64,000 nt of DNA from an uncultured Gemmatimonadales bacterium. Lineage in GTDB: Bacteria > Gemmatimonadota > Gemmatimonadetes > Gemmatimonadales > GWC2-71-9. Below, piece by piece: positions 37,260 through 46,270 of this stretch. Both the position numbers and the translations under genes were made by a program. The notes under the pieces were generated by a model. The model made no database searches, had not been told where the DNA came from, and saw nothing but the letters and a program-made list of their open reading frames with translations. The first letter of the stretch is position 1. Each line of letters starts with the position of its first letter. The DNA is taken from NCBI GenBank assembly GCA_963779755.1, contig CAVZZO010000003.1, positions 1,600,001 through 1,664,000 of the forward strand, in the 5' to 3' direction.

Positions 37260-38948
37260 ATGGCTTCGCCCCTGCCCACCGTTTCCGCCGGATCTCCCGC
37301 GCCCGACGCGCCACCGGCCTTCGAGCTGGCTGCCGTGGGGCCGCCGCCCGGGATCATCCGCCGGATCTTCGTCACCAACCGGCATCTGGCGGGGCTGGTA
37401 GCCGGCGCGCTGGTGGCGCATGTGGATTCCGGCCGGCAGAACGGGGCGCGGGGGCCGCGCTTTCGCATCCAGCAGGCGCTGGCCCTGGTGGTACGGCCGC
37501 TCCTCGACCCGCAGCTGCGCGACGCGCCCTTCCCGGTACAGCTGCGGCGGCGGCTGGAGCGGCTGGGACCGACCTACATCAAGCTGGGGCAGATCCTGAG
37601 CCTGCGCGAAGACATCCTGCCACGGCCGGTCACCGACGAGCTCAAGAACCTGCTGAACCGCCTGCCGGTGGTGCCGCTGCCCGTCTTCCTCGCCCAGGTG
37701 GAGAAGGATCTGAAGCGCCCCACCGAGCAGATGTTCTCCTGGATCGATCCCGAGCCGCTGGGTTCCGCGTCGATTGCGCAGGCCCACCGCGCGCGCACGC
37801 TGGCGGGCGACGACGTCATCCTCAAGGTCGTGAAGCCGGGCATCAAGGAAACGCTCAAGCGCGACGCCCGGCTGCTGGGCATCGCCGGGGCGGTGCTGCA
37901 GATCTTCTTTCCCCGCTACCAGCCGCGGCGGATCATCCGCGAGTTCACCACCTACACCCTGCGTGAGGTGAACCTCCGCCGGGAAGCGGACAATGCCGAG
38001 ACCTTCGCCGGCAACTTCCGCGATATGCCGGATGTGGTCTTCCCCACGATCTACCGGGAGTACAGCGGGCCCAGCGTTCTCTGCATGGAGTTCCTGGACG
38101 GCTTGCGCCCGGACACTCCGGCCGCGCAGGCGCTCCCGGAGGAGCAGCGGGAGCGCCTGGTGGATCTGGGCGCCGCGTCCATCATCCGCATGATCTACCA
38201 GGACGGATTCTTCCATGCCGACCTGCACCCGGGCAACCTGGTGGTCCTGCCGGACGCCCAGGTGGGCTTCATCGACCTGGGCATGGTGGGCCGCCTCGAC
38301 GACGAGCTCCGCCGCACCCTGCTCTACTACTACTACTCGCTGGTGATGGGGGACGCGGAGAACGCGGCCCGCTACCTCGCGGCCATCGCCGAGCCGGGCC
38401 GCGGCGGCGACCCGGGCGGCTTCCGCCGCGAGGTCACGGAAATCTCCCGCCGCTGGAAACGGGCCGCGAGCTTCGATTCCTTCTCGCTGGGCCAACTGGT
38501 GCTCGAGTCGGTGACCCGCGGCGCCGAGTTCGGGATGTACTTCCCGGTGGAGATGGTGCTGATGGTGAAGGCGCTCATCACCTTCGAAGGGGTGGGCAAC
38601 GTGCTGCTGCCGGGCTTCGACGTGGCCGAAGTCTCCCGCCGCCACGTGCGCCGGGTCTTCCTCCACCAGTTCAGCCCGGTGCGCTTCCTCCAGGAAGGGC
38701 TCCGCGGCGCTCCCGACCTGGTGGACGCCATGGTCAAGATGCCGCTGCTGGTGACGGAGGGGCTGCGGGTGCTGGAGAAGACCACCCGCCGCCGGCCCGA
38801 GAGCCCGCTGGCCGGCATCCGGGGCACGCTGCTGGCCGGTTTCTGCCTGGTGGCGGGTTCCATCGTGATGGTCTACCACGGCCCCTGGCCGCTCTGGGCC
38901 GCGCTGTTCGCGGCTTCCCTTCCCCTCGCCTTCCATCGCAATGGCTGA
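37260..38948 (+). CDS. ABC1/AarF/UbiB atypical protein kinase
   Basis: LGPTYIKLGQ, GSASIAQAH, ILKV, FHADLHPGN, IDLGM; C-terminal TMs. Confidence 0.92.
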   Translation: MASPLPTVSAGSPAPDAPPAFELAAVGPPPGIIRRIFVTNRHLAGLVAGALVAHVDSGRQNGARGPRFRIQQALALVVRPLLDPQLRDAPFPVQLRRRLERLGPTYIKLGQILSLREDILPRPVTDELKNLLNRLPVVPLPVFLAQVEKDLKRPTEQMFSWIDPEPLGSASIAQAHRARTLAGDDVILKVVKPGIKETLKRDARLLGIAGAVLQIFFPRYQPRRIIREFTTYTLREVNLRREADNAETFAGNFRDMPDVVFPTIYREYSGPSVLCMEFLDGLRPDTPAAQALPEEQRERLVDLGAASIIRMIYQDGFFHADLHPGNLVVLPDAQVGFIDLGMVGRLDDELRRTLLYYYYSLVMGDAENAARYLAAIAEPGRGGDPGGFRREVTEISRRWKRAASFDSFSLGQLVLESVTRGAEFGMYFPVEMVLMVKALITFEGVGNVLLPGFDVAEVSRRHVRRVFLHQFSPVRFLQEGLRGAPDLVDAMVKMPLLVTEGLRVLEKTTRRRPESPLAGIRGTLLAGFCLVAGSIVMVYHGPWPLWAALFAASLPLAFHRNG

Positions 38949-40152
38949 GCCGGCCACTCTCCCCGCGCCGCCGCCGGCGACCCCGACGCCGCGGGAATGG
39001 GAGCCGTTCGACCCCGGCTTCTGCCGGGACTTCGTGAAACGCGCGGTGGCCCCGGCGTCCGATCACTGGTTCCGGCCGCAGCTCCTGGGAGCGCAGCGCA
39101 TTCCCCGCCATGGGCCGGTGATCCTGGCCGCCAACCACAGCGGCACCGCGTTTCCCTATGACGGGATGATCCTGGATGCGTATCTCTGGCGGCTGGACGG
39201 ACTCAGGGCGGGCGCCAAGTTCCGGACCGTCTACGAGAAGGAGCTCTCGTTCCGCTGGTGGATGCGGCCCTTCGGCCTGGACAACTTCTGGCGCCGGGGC
39301 GGCGGGGTCGACATGACGTTCGACAATTTCGACCGTCTCCTCGCCCGCGGCGACCGGGTCATCTACTTCCCCGAAGGGGTTCCCGGTATCGGGAAGGGAT
39401 TCCAGAACCGTTACCGGCTGCAGCGGTTCAGCACCAGCTTCGTGCTGCTGGCCGCGCGGCACGGCGTGCCGGTGATTCCGCTCTATATCCTGAACGCCGA
39501 ATGGGTGATGCCGTATCACTTCACCCTGAAGCCGCTCGACCGGCTGATGCAGCGGGTTTTCCACGTCCCCTTCCTGCCGCTGCCGGCCGGCATCCTGGCG
39601 ATCATCTTTCCCTGGATGTGGTATCTGGCGCTGCCGGCCCACATGATCTTCGTGGCGGGGAAAACGCTCGACATGGCCCCGCTGCTCGCCTCCGAGGGGG
39701 TGACCGACCTCGACCGGCCCGATCGCGCCGCGCTGCAGCATGTGGCCATGAAAGTGCGCCACGCCATGCAGGCGGAGCTGGACCAGCTGGTCCAGCTGCA
39801 CGGCCGGCGGCCCTACCGGCTGCGGATGCTGCTGCGCGAGCTCTGGCGGGCCCGCCGCCGGCTGGGGGCCATCCTCCCCATTGCGTGGCCGGCGACCTTC
39901 CTGCGCTCCGAGCGCGACCGGCTCCGGCCCCCGGCCCGGAACCGGCTGCATGCCCTGCTGCGCGACTGGGATCTGATCGGGTTCTACCTGCCGCTCGGCT
40001 GGCCCCTGCTCTCCATCTTCCGGGCCCTGCGCCGGCCGCCGTACGGCTATCGCGGCATGAGCCGGGAAGAGGCCCGGCGCAAGCGGGGAGAATTCATCTG
40101 GCGGCTCGCCGAGAGGCCGCTGCCGGACAGAGAGAAATGGACTGAGGACTGA
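38941..40152 (+). CDS. Lysophospholipid acyltransferase family protein (PlsC/DGAT2-like) with C-terminal extension
   Basis: ANHSG...YDG, YFPEG, ARHGVPVIP; overlaps kinase stop. Confidence 0.85.
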   Translation: MAEPATLPAPPPATPTPREWEPFDPGFCRDFVKRAVAPASDHWFRPQLLGAQRIPRHGPVILAANHSGTAFPYDGMILDAYLWRLDGLRAGAKFRTVYEKELSFRWWMRPFGLDNFWRRGGGVDMTFDNFDRLLARGDRVIYFPEGVPGIGKGFQNRYRLQRFSTSFVLLAARHGVPVIPLYILNAEWVMPYHFTLKPLDRLMQRVFHVPFLPLPAGILAIIFPWMWYLALPAHMIFVAGKTLDMAPLLASEGVTDLDRPDRAALQHVAMKVRHAMQAELDQLVQLHGRRPYRLRMLLRELWRARRRLGAILPIAWPATFLRSERDRLRPPARNRLHALLRDWDLIGFYLPLGWPLLSIFRALRRPPYGYRGMSREEARRKRGEFIWRLAERPLPDREKWTED

Positions 40153-40252
40153 GGACTGAGGACTGAGGACGCCAAGCTCAGTGTCACCCTGAGGGAGCGC
40201 AGCGACCGAAGGGGCCGAAACCCGGGGCCCTCAGTCCTTTTCTCTCAGTCCT
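40140..40252. repeat. (GACTGAG)x4 with inverted CTCAGTCCT copies and a REP-like element GTCACCCTGAG..GAGCGCAGCGA..GAAGGGGCC (40183-40216)
   Basis: Read directly between converging genes. Confidence 0.8.
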
Positions 40253-41424
40253 TTTTCCACCGAAGCCAGCGCCCGCTCCAGTCTCCGCGTCACCGGCAGC
40301 GGCCGGCCCGACCGCGTGAGCCCCACCTCCGCCCACAAGTCGCGTTTCCGGTCGCGCAGGACGTCCAGCCGGAGGCTGACGCCGTGGCGGGCCAGCTGCG
40401 GGGCCAGCTCGCTGCGCCGGCGCCAGAGGTCGCGCCGGGTAGCCTCATAGGCCAGCTCGCAGACCCGGCGGCGGGATGAGAAGCTGAACACGTTGGTGAA
40501 GAACATCTGATACTCGTCCGGCTCCGGCTCGAAGAGCAGCACATCGGCATGCGGGTAGCGTGTTTCGTAGGCCGCCATGCCCACCTCTAGCCGCGAGTGG
40601 ATCAGGGTCCGGAAGGTCTGGGAGAAGACGGTGGGGAATCCCCGCTCCACCAGGGCGCCGTGCGGCAGCCCGGGCCCTTCGACATCATCCCGGGTATCGG
40701 CCGGCACCAGCGGATTGACGCAGAACAGCAGGTCGGCCCCTTCATCCAGGGCCACCGACGCGTGCAGCGTCTTCAGGAGCACCCCGTCGACGCAGTAACG
40801 TCCATTCACCTCCACCGGCGGATAGACGCCGGGGACCGCGGTGCTGGCCTGCACCGCCACCGAGATGGGCACCCCGTCCCAGCCCCGGTGGCCGAACCGC
40901 ACCGGCCGCCCCGATTCCAGATCGGAGGCGATGACGATGAGCCGGGAATCCAGCCGGCGAAAATCGTCCGTGCGCCCCTTGAGGCTGAAGGTGCGGGCCA
41001 GATACTCCCGAATGGGGTCGTTATTGAAGATGCCCACCGGCAGCGCCCGGGCCAGGCGGGTGAGCGATTCGACTATGCGCTGGTCGCGCGGGTTGCGGAC
41101 ATAGCTCCATAGCGCCTCGGCCAGGAGCCGGGGCAGCATGCCGCCCCGCCGGAGCAGTTCACCGTAGGCCGGCGTGAAGAACCGGACCGGATCGAACGGG
41201 TGCTCACCGGGATCGTGCTTGACCATGGCACGGACCAGCTGCGCCGGGGTCAGGCCGTTGGCCAGGAGCGCCGCAATGAACGACCCGGCGCTGACGCCCA
41301 CGTACACCGGCAGGCGATGAAAATCGACCCCATCCAGCGCCTCCTGGAGCGCCCACAGGGCGCCGATCTCGTACACGGCGCCCTCTGGACCCCCGCCCGC
41401 CAGCGCCAGGCCTATCCGGGACAT
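40231..41424 (-). CDS. Patatin-like phospholipase/esterase
   Basis: ALAGGGPEG, GVSAG nucleophile, ASTAVPG, VDG. Confidence 0.92.
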   Translation of the reverse strand: MSRIGLALAGGGPEGAVYEIGALWALQEALDGVDFHRLPVYVGVSAGSFIAALLANGLTPAQLVRAMVKHDPGEHPFDPVRFFTPAYGELLRRGGMLPRLLAEALWSYVRNPRDQRIVESLTRLARALPVGIFNNDPIREYLARTFSLKGRTDDFRRLDSRLIVIASDLESGRPVRFGHRGWDGVPISVAVQASTAVPGVYPPVEVNGRYCVDGVLLKTLHASVALDEGADLLFCVNPLVPADTRDDVEGPGLPHGALVERGFPTVFSQTFRTLIHSRLEVGMAAYETRYPHADVLLFEPEPDEYQMFFTNVFSFSSRRRVCELAYEATRRDLWRRRSELAPQLARHGVSLRLDVLRDRKRDLWAEVGLTRSGRPLPVTRRLERALASVEKGLREKD

Positions 41425-41439
41425 GGCGCCTCCACCGCG

Positions 41440-41868
41440 TCAGGCAGTCGCCGCGGCGGCTTTCTTCCGGCGCGTGGTCTTGGCCCGGCGTCCCTTCGCC
41501 TTCGACCGCTCGACCGTGCGGGTCAGCTCCTCCACCCGGCGGGTCAGCTGCATGATCTCTTTCCGGGTCGGCACGCCGATCCGGTGCAGCGCCGTGGTCA
41601 TCCCGCTGTCCAGCGGGGCCGTCAGACGGTCCATCGCGCCGCCGGCGTCGGTCCGCAGATCGTCCATCCGGTCTTCCACCCGGGTGATCATCTTCTGCAG
41701 ACGACTCTTGTTCACCTTCTCCAGCGTCTGGCCCTTCTTGACCAGCGTCCGGAACAGCTTGCTCCCTTCCTCGCCGGCCAGGGCAAAGGCGCCGAGCCCG
41801 GCCAGCCAGATGTTCTGGGCCGAGCCGCGGAGCGTCGGCACTGCCGTGGTCTTCTTGGTCCTGGGCAT
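41440..41868 (-). CDS. Phasin (PhaF/PhaI-type granule-associated protein) with basic tail
   Basis: IWLAGLGAF...EEGSKLF..LVKKG, ALHRIGVPT.KEI..L; AAGGAGG RBS. Confidence 0.88.
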   Translation of the reverse strand: MPRTKKTTAVPTLRGSAQNIWLAGLGAFALAGEEGSKLFRTLVKKGQTLEKVNKSRLQKMITRVEDRMDDLRTDAGGAMDRLTAPLDSGMTTALHRIGVPTRKEIMQLTRRVEELTRTVERSKAKGRRAKTTRRKKAAAATA

Positions 41869-41915
41869 ACATCCTCCTTACAGGTAATTCGTCCTGCCGT
41901 GAACGGCCTCCGCTC

Positions 41916-42401
41916 TTACGCAGAGGCCGTGTGCCGGCGGCGCCGGCCGCCCGGCTTGCCACTCTCCCCCACCCGCGTGTGTTCCAGCGTCTCCAGCGAC
42001 TGCTCCAGCCGCGCGATCCCCTCCCGCAGCGCTTCCATTTCACCCCGCGCCGCCCGCACGCTCGGCAGCCGGTCCACCGAGGAGCGCATCAGGCTGCCCA
42101 CCCGCGTCTGCAACTGCTCCACCCCGGTGTTCAGCGCCTTCTCTCCCCGGCGAATGACGTCGTGAAACAGTTCGACCGGGAGAAACGAGATGCCGCGCTT
42201 CTCGCCCTCGAAGATGATCTGGGCCAGGGTCTGGGATGTGACGTCGTCGCCGCTCTGGCTGTCCACCACCCGGAGCTCCTGCCCGGCGCGAATCCACTCC
42301 CGGACCTCGTCCAGCGAGATATACCGGCTCTCTTCGGTGTCGTAGAGCTTGCGGCTTCCCCCACCGTACCGCTTGATCAGCCGGATCATCTCCGCCGCCA
42401 T
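41916..42401 (-). CDS. phaR: PhaR-like PHA/PHB accumulation regulator DNA-binding protein
   Basis: IKRY...RKLYDTEESRYISL, VVDSQSGDDVT..TLAQII. Confidence 0.85.
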   Translation of the reverse strand: MAAEMIRLIKRYGGGSRKLYDTEESRYISLDEVREWIRAGQELRVVDSQSGDDVTSQTLAQIIFEGEKRGISFLPVELFHDVIRRGEKALNTGVEQLQTRVGSLMRSSVDRLPSVRAARGEMEALREGIARLEQSLETLEHTRVGESGKPGGRRRRHTASA

Positions 42402-42491
42402 CCTTTCCGCAGCGGGGCATGGTTGCCGCACTGCGGTATAACACTAGACAATCCGCCATGAAGGCAGCGTGAATCGCGCGTGAGAAGGCGG

Positions 42492-43568
42492 CTAGCGGGA
42501 AGGGCGAAGCGTGCGGTCGGTCGCCGACAGGCGGCGCAGCAGGTCCCGGCCGAGCGCGCCCAGCTCCGTCAGCCCGGTAGGAGGATCGGCCAGGAGCGGC
42601 AGCCCGGCCACCGGATGGTCGGGTAACAAATCCTGCAGCAGTTGCAGGCCGCGCTGGTCGCGCTCGCCCTGCCACGCCAGGAGGCGCAGTCCCTCCGGCA
42701 CCGCCGCTGGAAGCGCCGAGGCGGGCAGGGGCGGGTGCAGCTGGTTGGCGACTACCGCGCGCAGGTGATATCCCTCCTCCACCAGCCGGCGGGCGAAGAA
42801 CATGGTGTCCGCGTTGCGCTCATCGCCCGGTCCCGCTACCAGCAGAAAGGCGGTGCTCCGGTCGCGCAGCAGGTCGCGTACCGACCCGGCGCGCTCACGG
42901 AATCCCTGATACAGGGGAGCGAAGGCCTGGAAGAACTCGGCCATATCCCGCAGCAGCCCGAGCCCCACCAGCCGGTTCAGCATGGCCTCCACCCCCCGAC
43001 CCACCACGCCCCCGCGGATCCGGCCCCGGGCATCGAACCAGGGCCGCAGCGCGATGCGCCATGCGCCGCTGTCGAGGAACTGCACGATCCGGTCGGGCGC
43101 GTGGAGAAAATCGAGGGCCTGGCGTGTGGGCGGCGTGTCCAGGATGATGCGGCCGTAACGCTCGGCCTCGGCCACCTCGAAGAGGCGCTCCACCGCCATG
43201 TACTCCAGAATGCCGGCGAGGCTGCCGGAAAGGTGATGATAGAACCGGTTGGTGAAGATGCGCTCGGCGGCCGCGTCGTCCGGCGAGTAGCGGGCCACCA
43301 GCCGGTCGAACGTGGCTCCGGCATCCAGCAGGCTCGCATGCAGGCTGCCCCGTGCGCGCAGACGCACCGGGATTTCACGGTCGGCGCCGGCGAGCCCCAC
43401 CCCCAGGGTGTCCTTGAGCCGGCGCGAAGGATCGAACGTCATCACCAGCGTGTCGGCTCCCGAACGGGCGGACGCTACGCCCAGGGCGGCGGCAAGCGTG
43501 GTCTTCCCCACGCCGCCCGATCCCACCACAACCAGCAGCGGATAGCGCAGGAGCGAGCCGTAACTCAT
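42492..43568 (-). CDS. ArsA/Get3-family ATPase (subunit B-like)
   Basis: GSGGVGKTT, TFDPSRRL, LDTPPT..ALDFL.AP. Confidence 0.88.
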   Translation of the reverse strand: MSYGSLLRYPLLVVVGSGGVGKTTLAAALGVASARSGADTLVMTFDPSRRLKDTLGVGLAGADREIPVRLRARGSLHASLLDAGATFDRLVARYSPDDAAAERIFTNRFYHHLSGSLAGILEYMAVERLFEVAEAERYGRIILDTPPTRQALDFLHAPDRIVQFLDSGAWRIALRPWFDARGRIRGGVVGRGVEAMLNRLVGLGLLRDMAEFFQAFAPLYQGFRERAGSVRDLLRDRSTAFLLVAGPGDERNADTMFFARRLVEEGYHLRAVVANQLHPPLPASALPAAVPEGLRLLAWQGERDQRGLQLLQDLLPDHPVAGLPLLADPPTGLTELGALGRDLLRRLSATDRTLRPSR

Positions 43569-44464
43569 GCGTCCACTCCGGCCAGCTGGGTACCGAGTCG
43601 CTCGGCCAGTGCATCCACCAGATCCCGTCCGGGGGGCAGGGGAAGCAGCGGCAACGCGGGCAGCGCACCCGGCCAGGCCCGAGCGAGCCTGGCCCGTTCC
43701 GAACGGTTCAGCTTCCAGCGCGCAGTCCAGAGCTGCAGCGCGCTTTGTGCTGCCGCGCCGAGCGGGGGAAGTCCGGCGGGAACCGCGGGATACATCCGGT
43801 TGAGGACGATCATCTCCGGCCTCCGCCCCAGCCGTTCGCGGGCGGCGGCGAGCAGCTCGATAGCCTCCTGAACCGGGAGCTCCTCTGCCAGAGCGCCCAG
43901 CACCAGCCCGCAGTCCTCTCCCGCCAGGAAGCGGGCGAGATCCCGGGCCATGCCGCCCAGCTGGCCGTCCCCCAGCACATCGCCCAGGAGGGCCGGAGCG
44001 CTGAGGAGAGAGATTCCATGACCGGTGGCGGGCGCATCCAGGATCACCTGGTCCACGTCAGGCCCCGTTTCCCCGCGGATCACCAGCAGGGCGTGGCCCA
44101 GCACCGCCATCTCTTTCAGGCCCGGCGCCCCCGCGGTAAAGTGCTGAAAGACCGGGTGCGCTACGATCCTGGAGGCAACGGCCCGGATCTTTACTTTCTG
44201 CCGCACCAGTTCCTCCAGCACCGCCCTGGGCTGGATGTTCTGCACCCAGAGTCCGGGACCGCTCTGCACCGGCGTCCCGCCTGACGGCGGGCATTCCACC
44301 AGCTGGTGCAGGCTCTCCCGCGGGTCGGTCTCCATCAGCAGGACCCGCCGCCCCTCCCGGACAAACAGGCGGCCCAGCGCGGCGGTCAGCGTGGTCTTGC
44401 CCACGCCGCCTTTCCCGGTCACCACCAGCAACCGGCGCCGAAGCAGGCTTTCCAGAAGCGCCAT
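43565..44464 (-). CDS. ArsA/Get3-family ATPase (subunit A-like)
   Basis: TGKGGVGKTT, APGLKE, LDAPATGH, LAEELPVQE; ATGA coupling. Confidence 0.88.
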   Translation of the reverse strand: MALLESLLRRRLLVVTGKGGVGKTTLTAALGRLFVREGRRVLLMETDPRESLHQLVECPPSGGTPVQSGPGLWVQNIQPRAVLEELVRQKVKIRAVASRIVAHPVFQHFTAGAPGLKEMAVLGHALLVIRGETGPDVDQVILDAPATGHGISLLSAPALLGDVLGDGQLGGMARDLARFLAGEDCGLVLGALAEELPVQEAIELLAAARERLGRRPEMIVLNRMYPAVPAGLPPLGAAAQSALQLWTARWKLNRSERARLARAWPGALPALPLLPLPPGRDLVDALAERLGTQLAGVDA

Positions 44465-44506
44465 GCCGCCAAGGTAGTAAGCGGCGCATGAAGCGGATAT
44501 GAAGAA

Positions 44507-44603
44507 GGAGTCAGGAGTCGGGAGTCGGGATCAGGGCCCCCATTCCTGACTCCTGATTCCCCATTCCTGATTCCTGATTCCCCATTCCTGATTCCTGATT
44601 CCC
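44507..44603. repeat. Inverted heptamer arrays (GGAGTCA-like / ATTCCTG, ATTCCCC)
   Basis: Read directly in the divergent intergenic region. Confidence 0.85.
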
Positions 44604-44626
44604 GGCTCCTCCCTTAGTCTTCGCTC

Positions 44627-45694
44627 ATGCGCGATGTTCTTCGGGAATACCAACGCCTGCGACAGGATGGAACGGAGGTCGGACGCGCTGTCGTCACGGC
44701 CGTCTGGGGATCCGCTCCAAGGCCGGCGGGAGCTTCTCTCCTGGTTGCCGCCGACGGACGCATGGCGGGGTCGGTCTCGGGTGGCTGCGTGGAAACGGCC
44801 GCCGCCGCCGCCGTCCTCGAGGTCCTGGCGAGCGGCCAGCCACGGGTGGAGCGGATCGGCGTCAGCAATGAAAGCGCCTGGGAGGTAGGACTGGCCTGCG
44901 GCGGCACCATTTCGCTCCTGCTGGAGCCGTCGGTGCGGGAAGAGCTGCTGCTAGCGGCGGGTGGCGAGGGCGGTACCGTGATCGGGACGGTGGTGGGGGG
45001 CGGCACCGCCGTCGGCGCGTCCATTATGCTCCTGCCGGAGGAAGGCCGGGCCACCACCGCCGATCCGCTGCTGCGGCGCCTCGCGCCCGACCTGCTGGCG
45101 GCCGCCGCCGGGGCCCTGGGCACGGAGCAGAGTAGCGTGGCAACGGTGGGCACCGGCACCGATCAGGCGGAGGTCTTTCTCGAGGTCTTCCCCCGCCGGC
45201 CACGGCTGGTGGTCTTCGGCGGCGTGCACATCGCCGCGGAGCTGGTGACCCTCGCCCGGCGCATGGGCTTTCATACCGTGGTGGCCGATGGACGCGCGGT
45301 CTTTCTCACCCGCGAGCGTTTTCCCGATGCCGATGAGCTGATCCTGGCGTGGCCGGAGGAGGCCTTCGCCCGCACCGGCCTGGACGCCGCGACCTACGTC
45401 TGCGTCCTCTCGCACGATCCCAAGTTCGACGAGCCGGCTCTGCGCCTGGCCCTCCGCTCGCCGGCCCGCTACATCGGCGCCATCGGATCGAAGAAGACCC
45501 AGGCCGACCGGCGCCGGCGCCTGGCCGAGGCGGGGTTTGCCCCGGAAGAAATCGGGCGCATTCACGGCCCCATCGGCCTGGACCTGGGCGGCCGCGGCGC
45601 GGCCGAAACCGCGCTGGCGATCCTGGCGGAGATGATGGCGGTCCGGTTTGGCGCCTCCGGCAGGCCCCACTCGGGAGAAGGCGCAACGTCCTGA
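44627..45694 (+). CDS. xdhC: XdhC/CoxI molybdoenzyme maturation chaperone
   Basis: WGSAPRP.G, GSVSGGCVE, GLACGG, HDPKFD, YIGAIGS, PIGLDLG. Confidence 0.92.
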   Translation: MRDVLREYQRLRQDGTEVGRAVVTAVWGSAPRPAGASLLVAADGRMAGSVSGGCVETAAAAAVLEVLASGQPRVERIGVSNESAWEVGLACGGTISLLLEPSVREELLLAAGGEGGTVIGTVVGGGTAVGASIMLLPEEGRATTADPLLRRLAPDLLAAAAGALGTEQSSVATVGTGTDQAEVFLEVFPRRPRLVVFGGVHIAAELVTLARRMGFHTVVADGRAVFLTRERFPDADELILAWPEEAFARTGLDAATYVCVLSHDPKFDEPALRLALRSPARYIGAIGSKKTQADRRRRLAEAGFAPEEIGRIHGPIGLDLGGRGAAETALAILAEMMAVRFGASGRPHSGEGATS

Positions 45695-45718
45695 GACTGC
45701 CGTTGCGCCGAGCGGTCT

Positions 45719-46240
45719 TCAGACCGCGGTTTCAGCCTCCCGCTGCTCATCCGCGCTCGGCCCGTACATTCCCGGCACCGGCACATCGTTCAGCCGCAGA
45801 TACACCGTCAACTGCCCGCGGTGGTGCACGATATGATTCAGCAGGAAGGCCCGGATCGCCGCGACCCGGGGCAGGGTCATCATTTTCTGCCCGCCCTTGA
45901 TGAATGTCCACGGCTCGGCATAGCCGGCATCGTCGCGATCGAGCGCCGCCCGGGCCCGGGTGGTGCAGCGGTCAAACAGCTCCAGCAGCTCGGTCCGGCT
46001 GGCGGCACGGGTGGACTCGAATCCTTCGGCCATAGCCTCCAGGAGATCGAATTCGGTATTGTCCATGATGGCACCGGCCCAGTCGTAGGCCTCGGCGATG
46101 TGGGAGGCGAGATGGCCCAGGGTCATGGACCTGTCATGGGGCTGCCAATCCAGCCGGTCCTCCGGCACCCGCTCCAGCACCCGCCGCGTCTGTGCGGTTT
46201 CCTGATCGAATTCCGGTAGCAGCAGTTCCTTGATTGTCAT
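45719..46240 (-). CDS. DinB/YfiT family protein
   Basis: WQPH..SMTLGHLASH, NHIVHHRGQL.VYLR...VPGMYGP. Confidence 0.9.
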   Translation of the reverse strand: MTIKELLLPEFDQETAQTRRVLERVPEDRLDWQPHDRSMTLGHLASHIAEAYDWAGAIMDNTEFDLLEAMAEGFESTRAASRTELLELFDRCTTRARAALDRDDAGYAEPWTFIKGGQKMMTLPRVAAIRAFLLNHIVHHRGQLTVYLRLNDVPVPGMYGPSADEQREAETAV

Positions 46241-46270
46241 CGGTCACCTCGTATGAAGGATTCCAGCGCT

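Noticed and set aside
42492..44464. Arsenite efflux ATPase operon
   Set aside because: No arsB/acr3, arsC, arsR or arsD; two single-domain genes rather than the fused ArsA.
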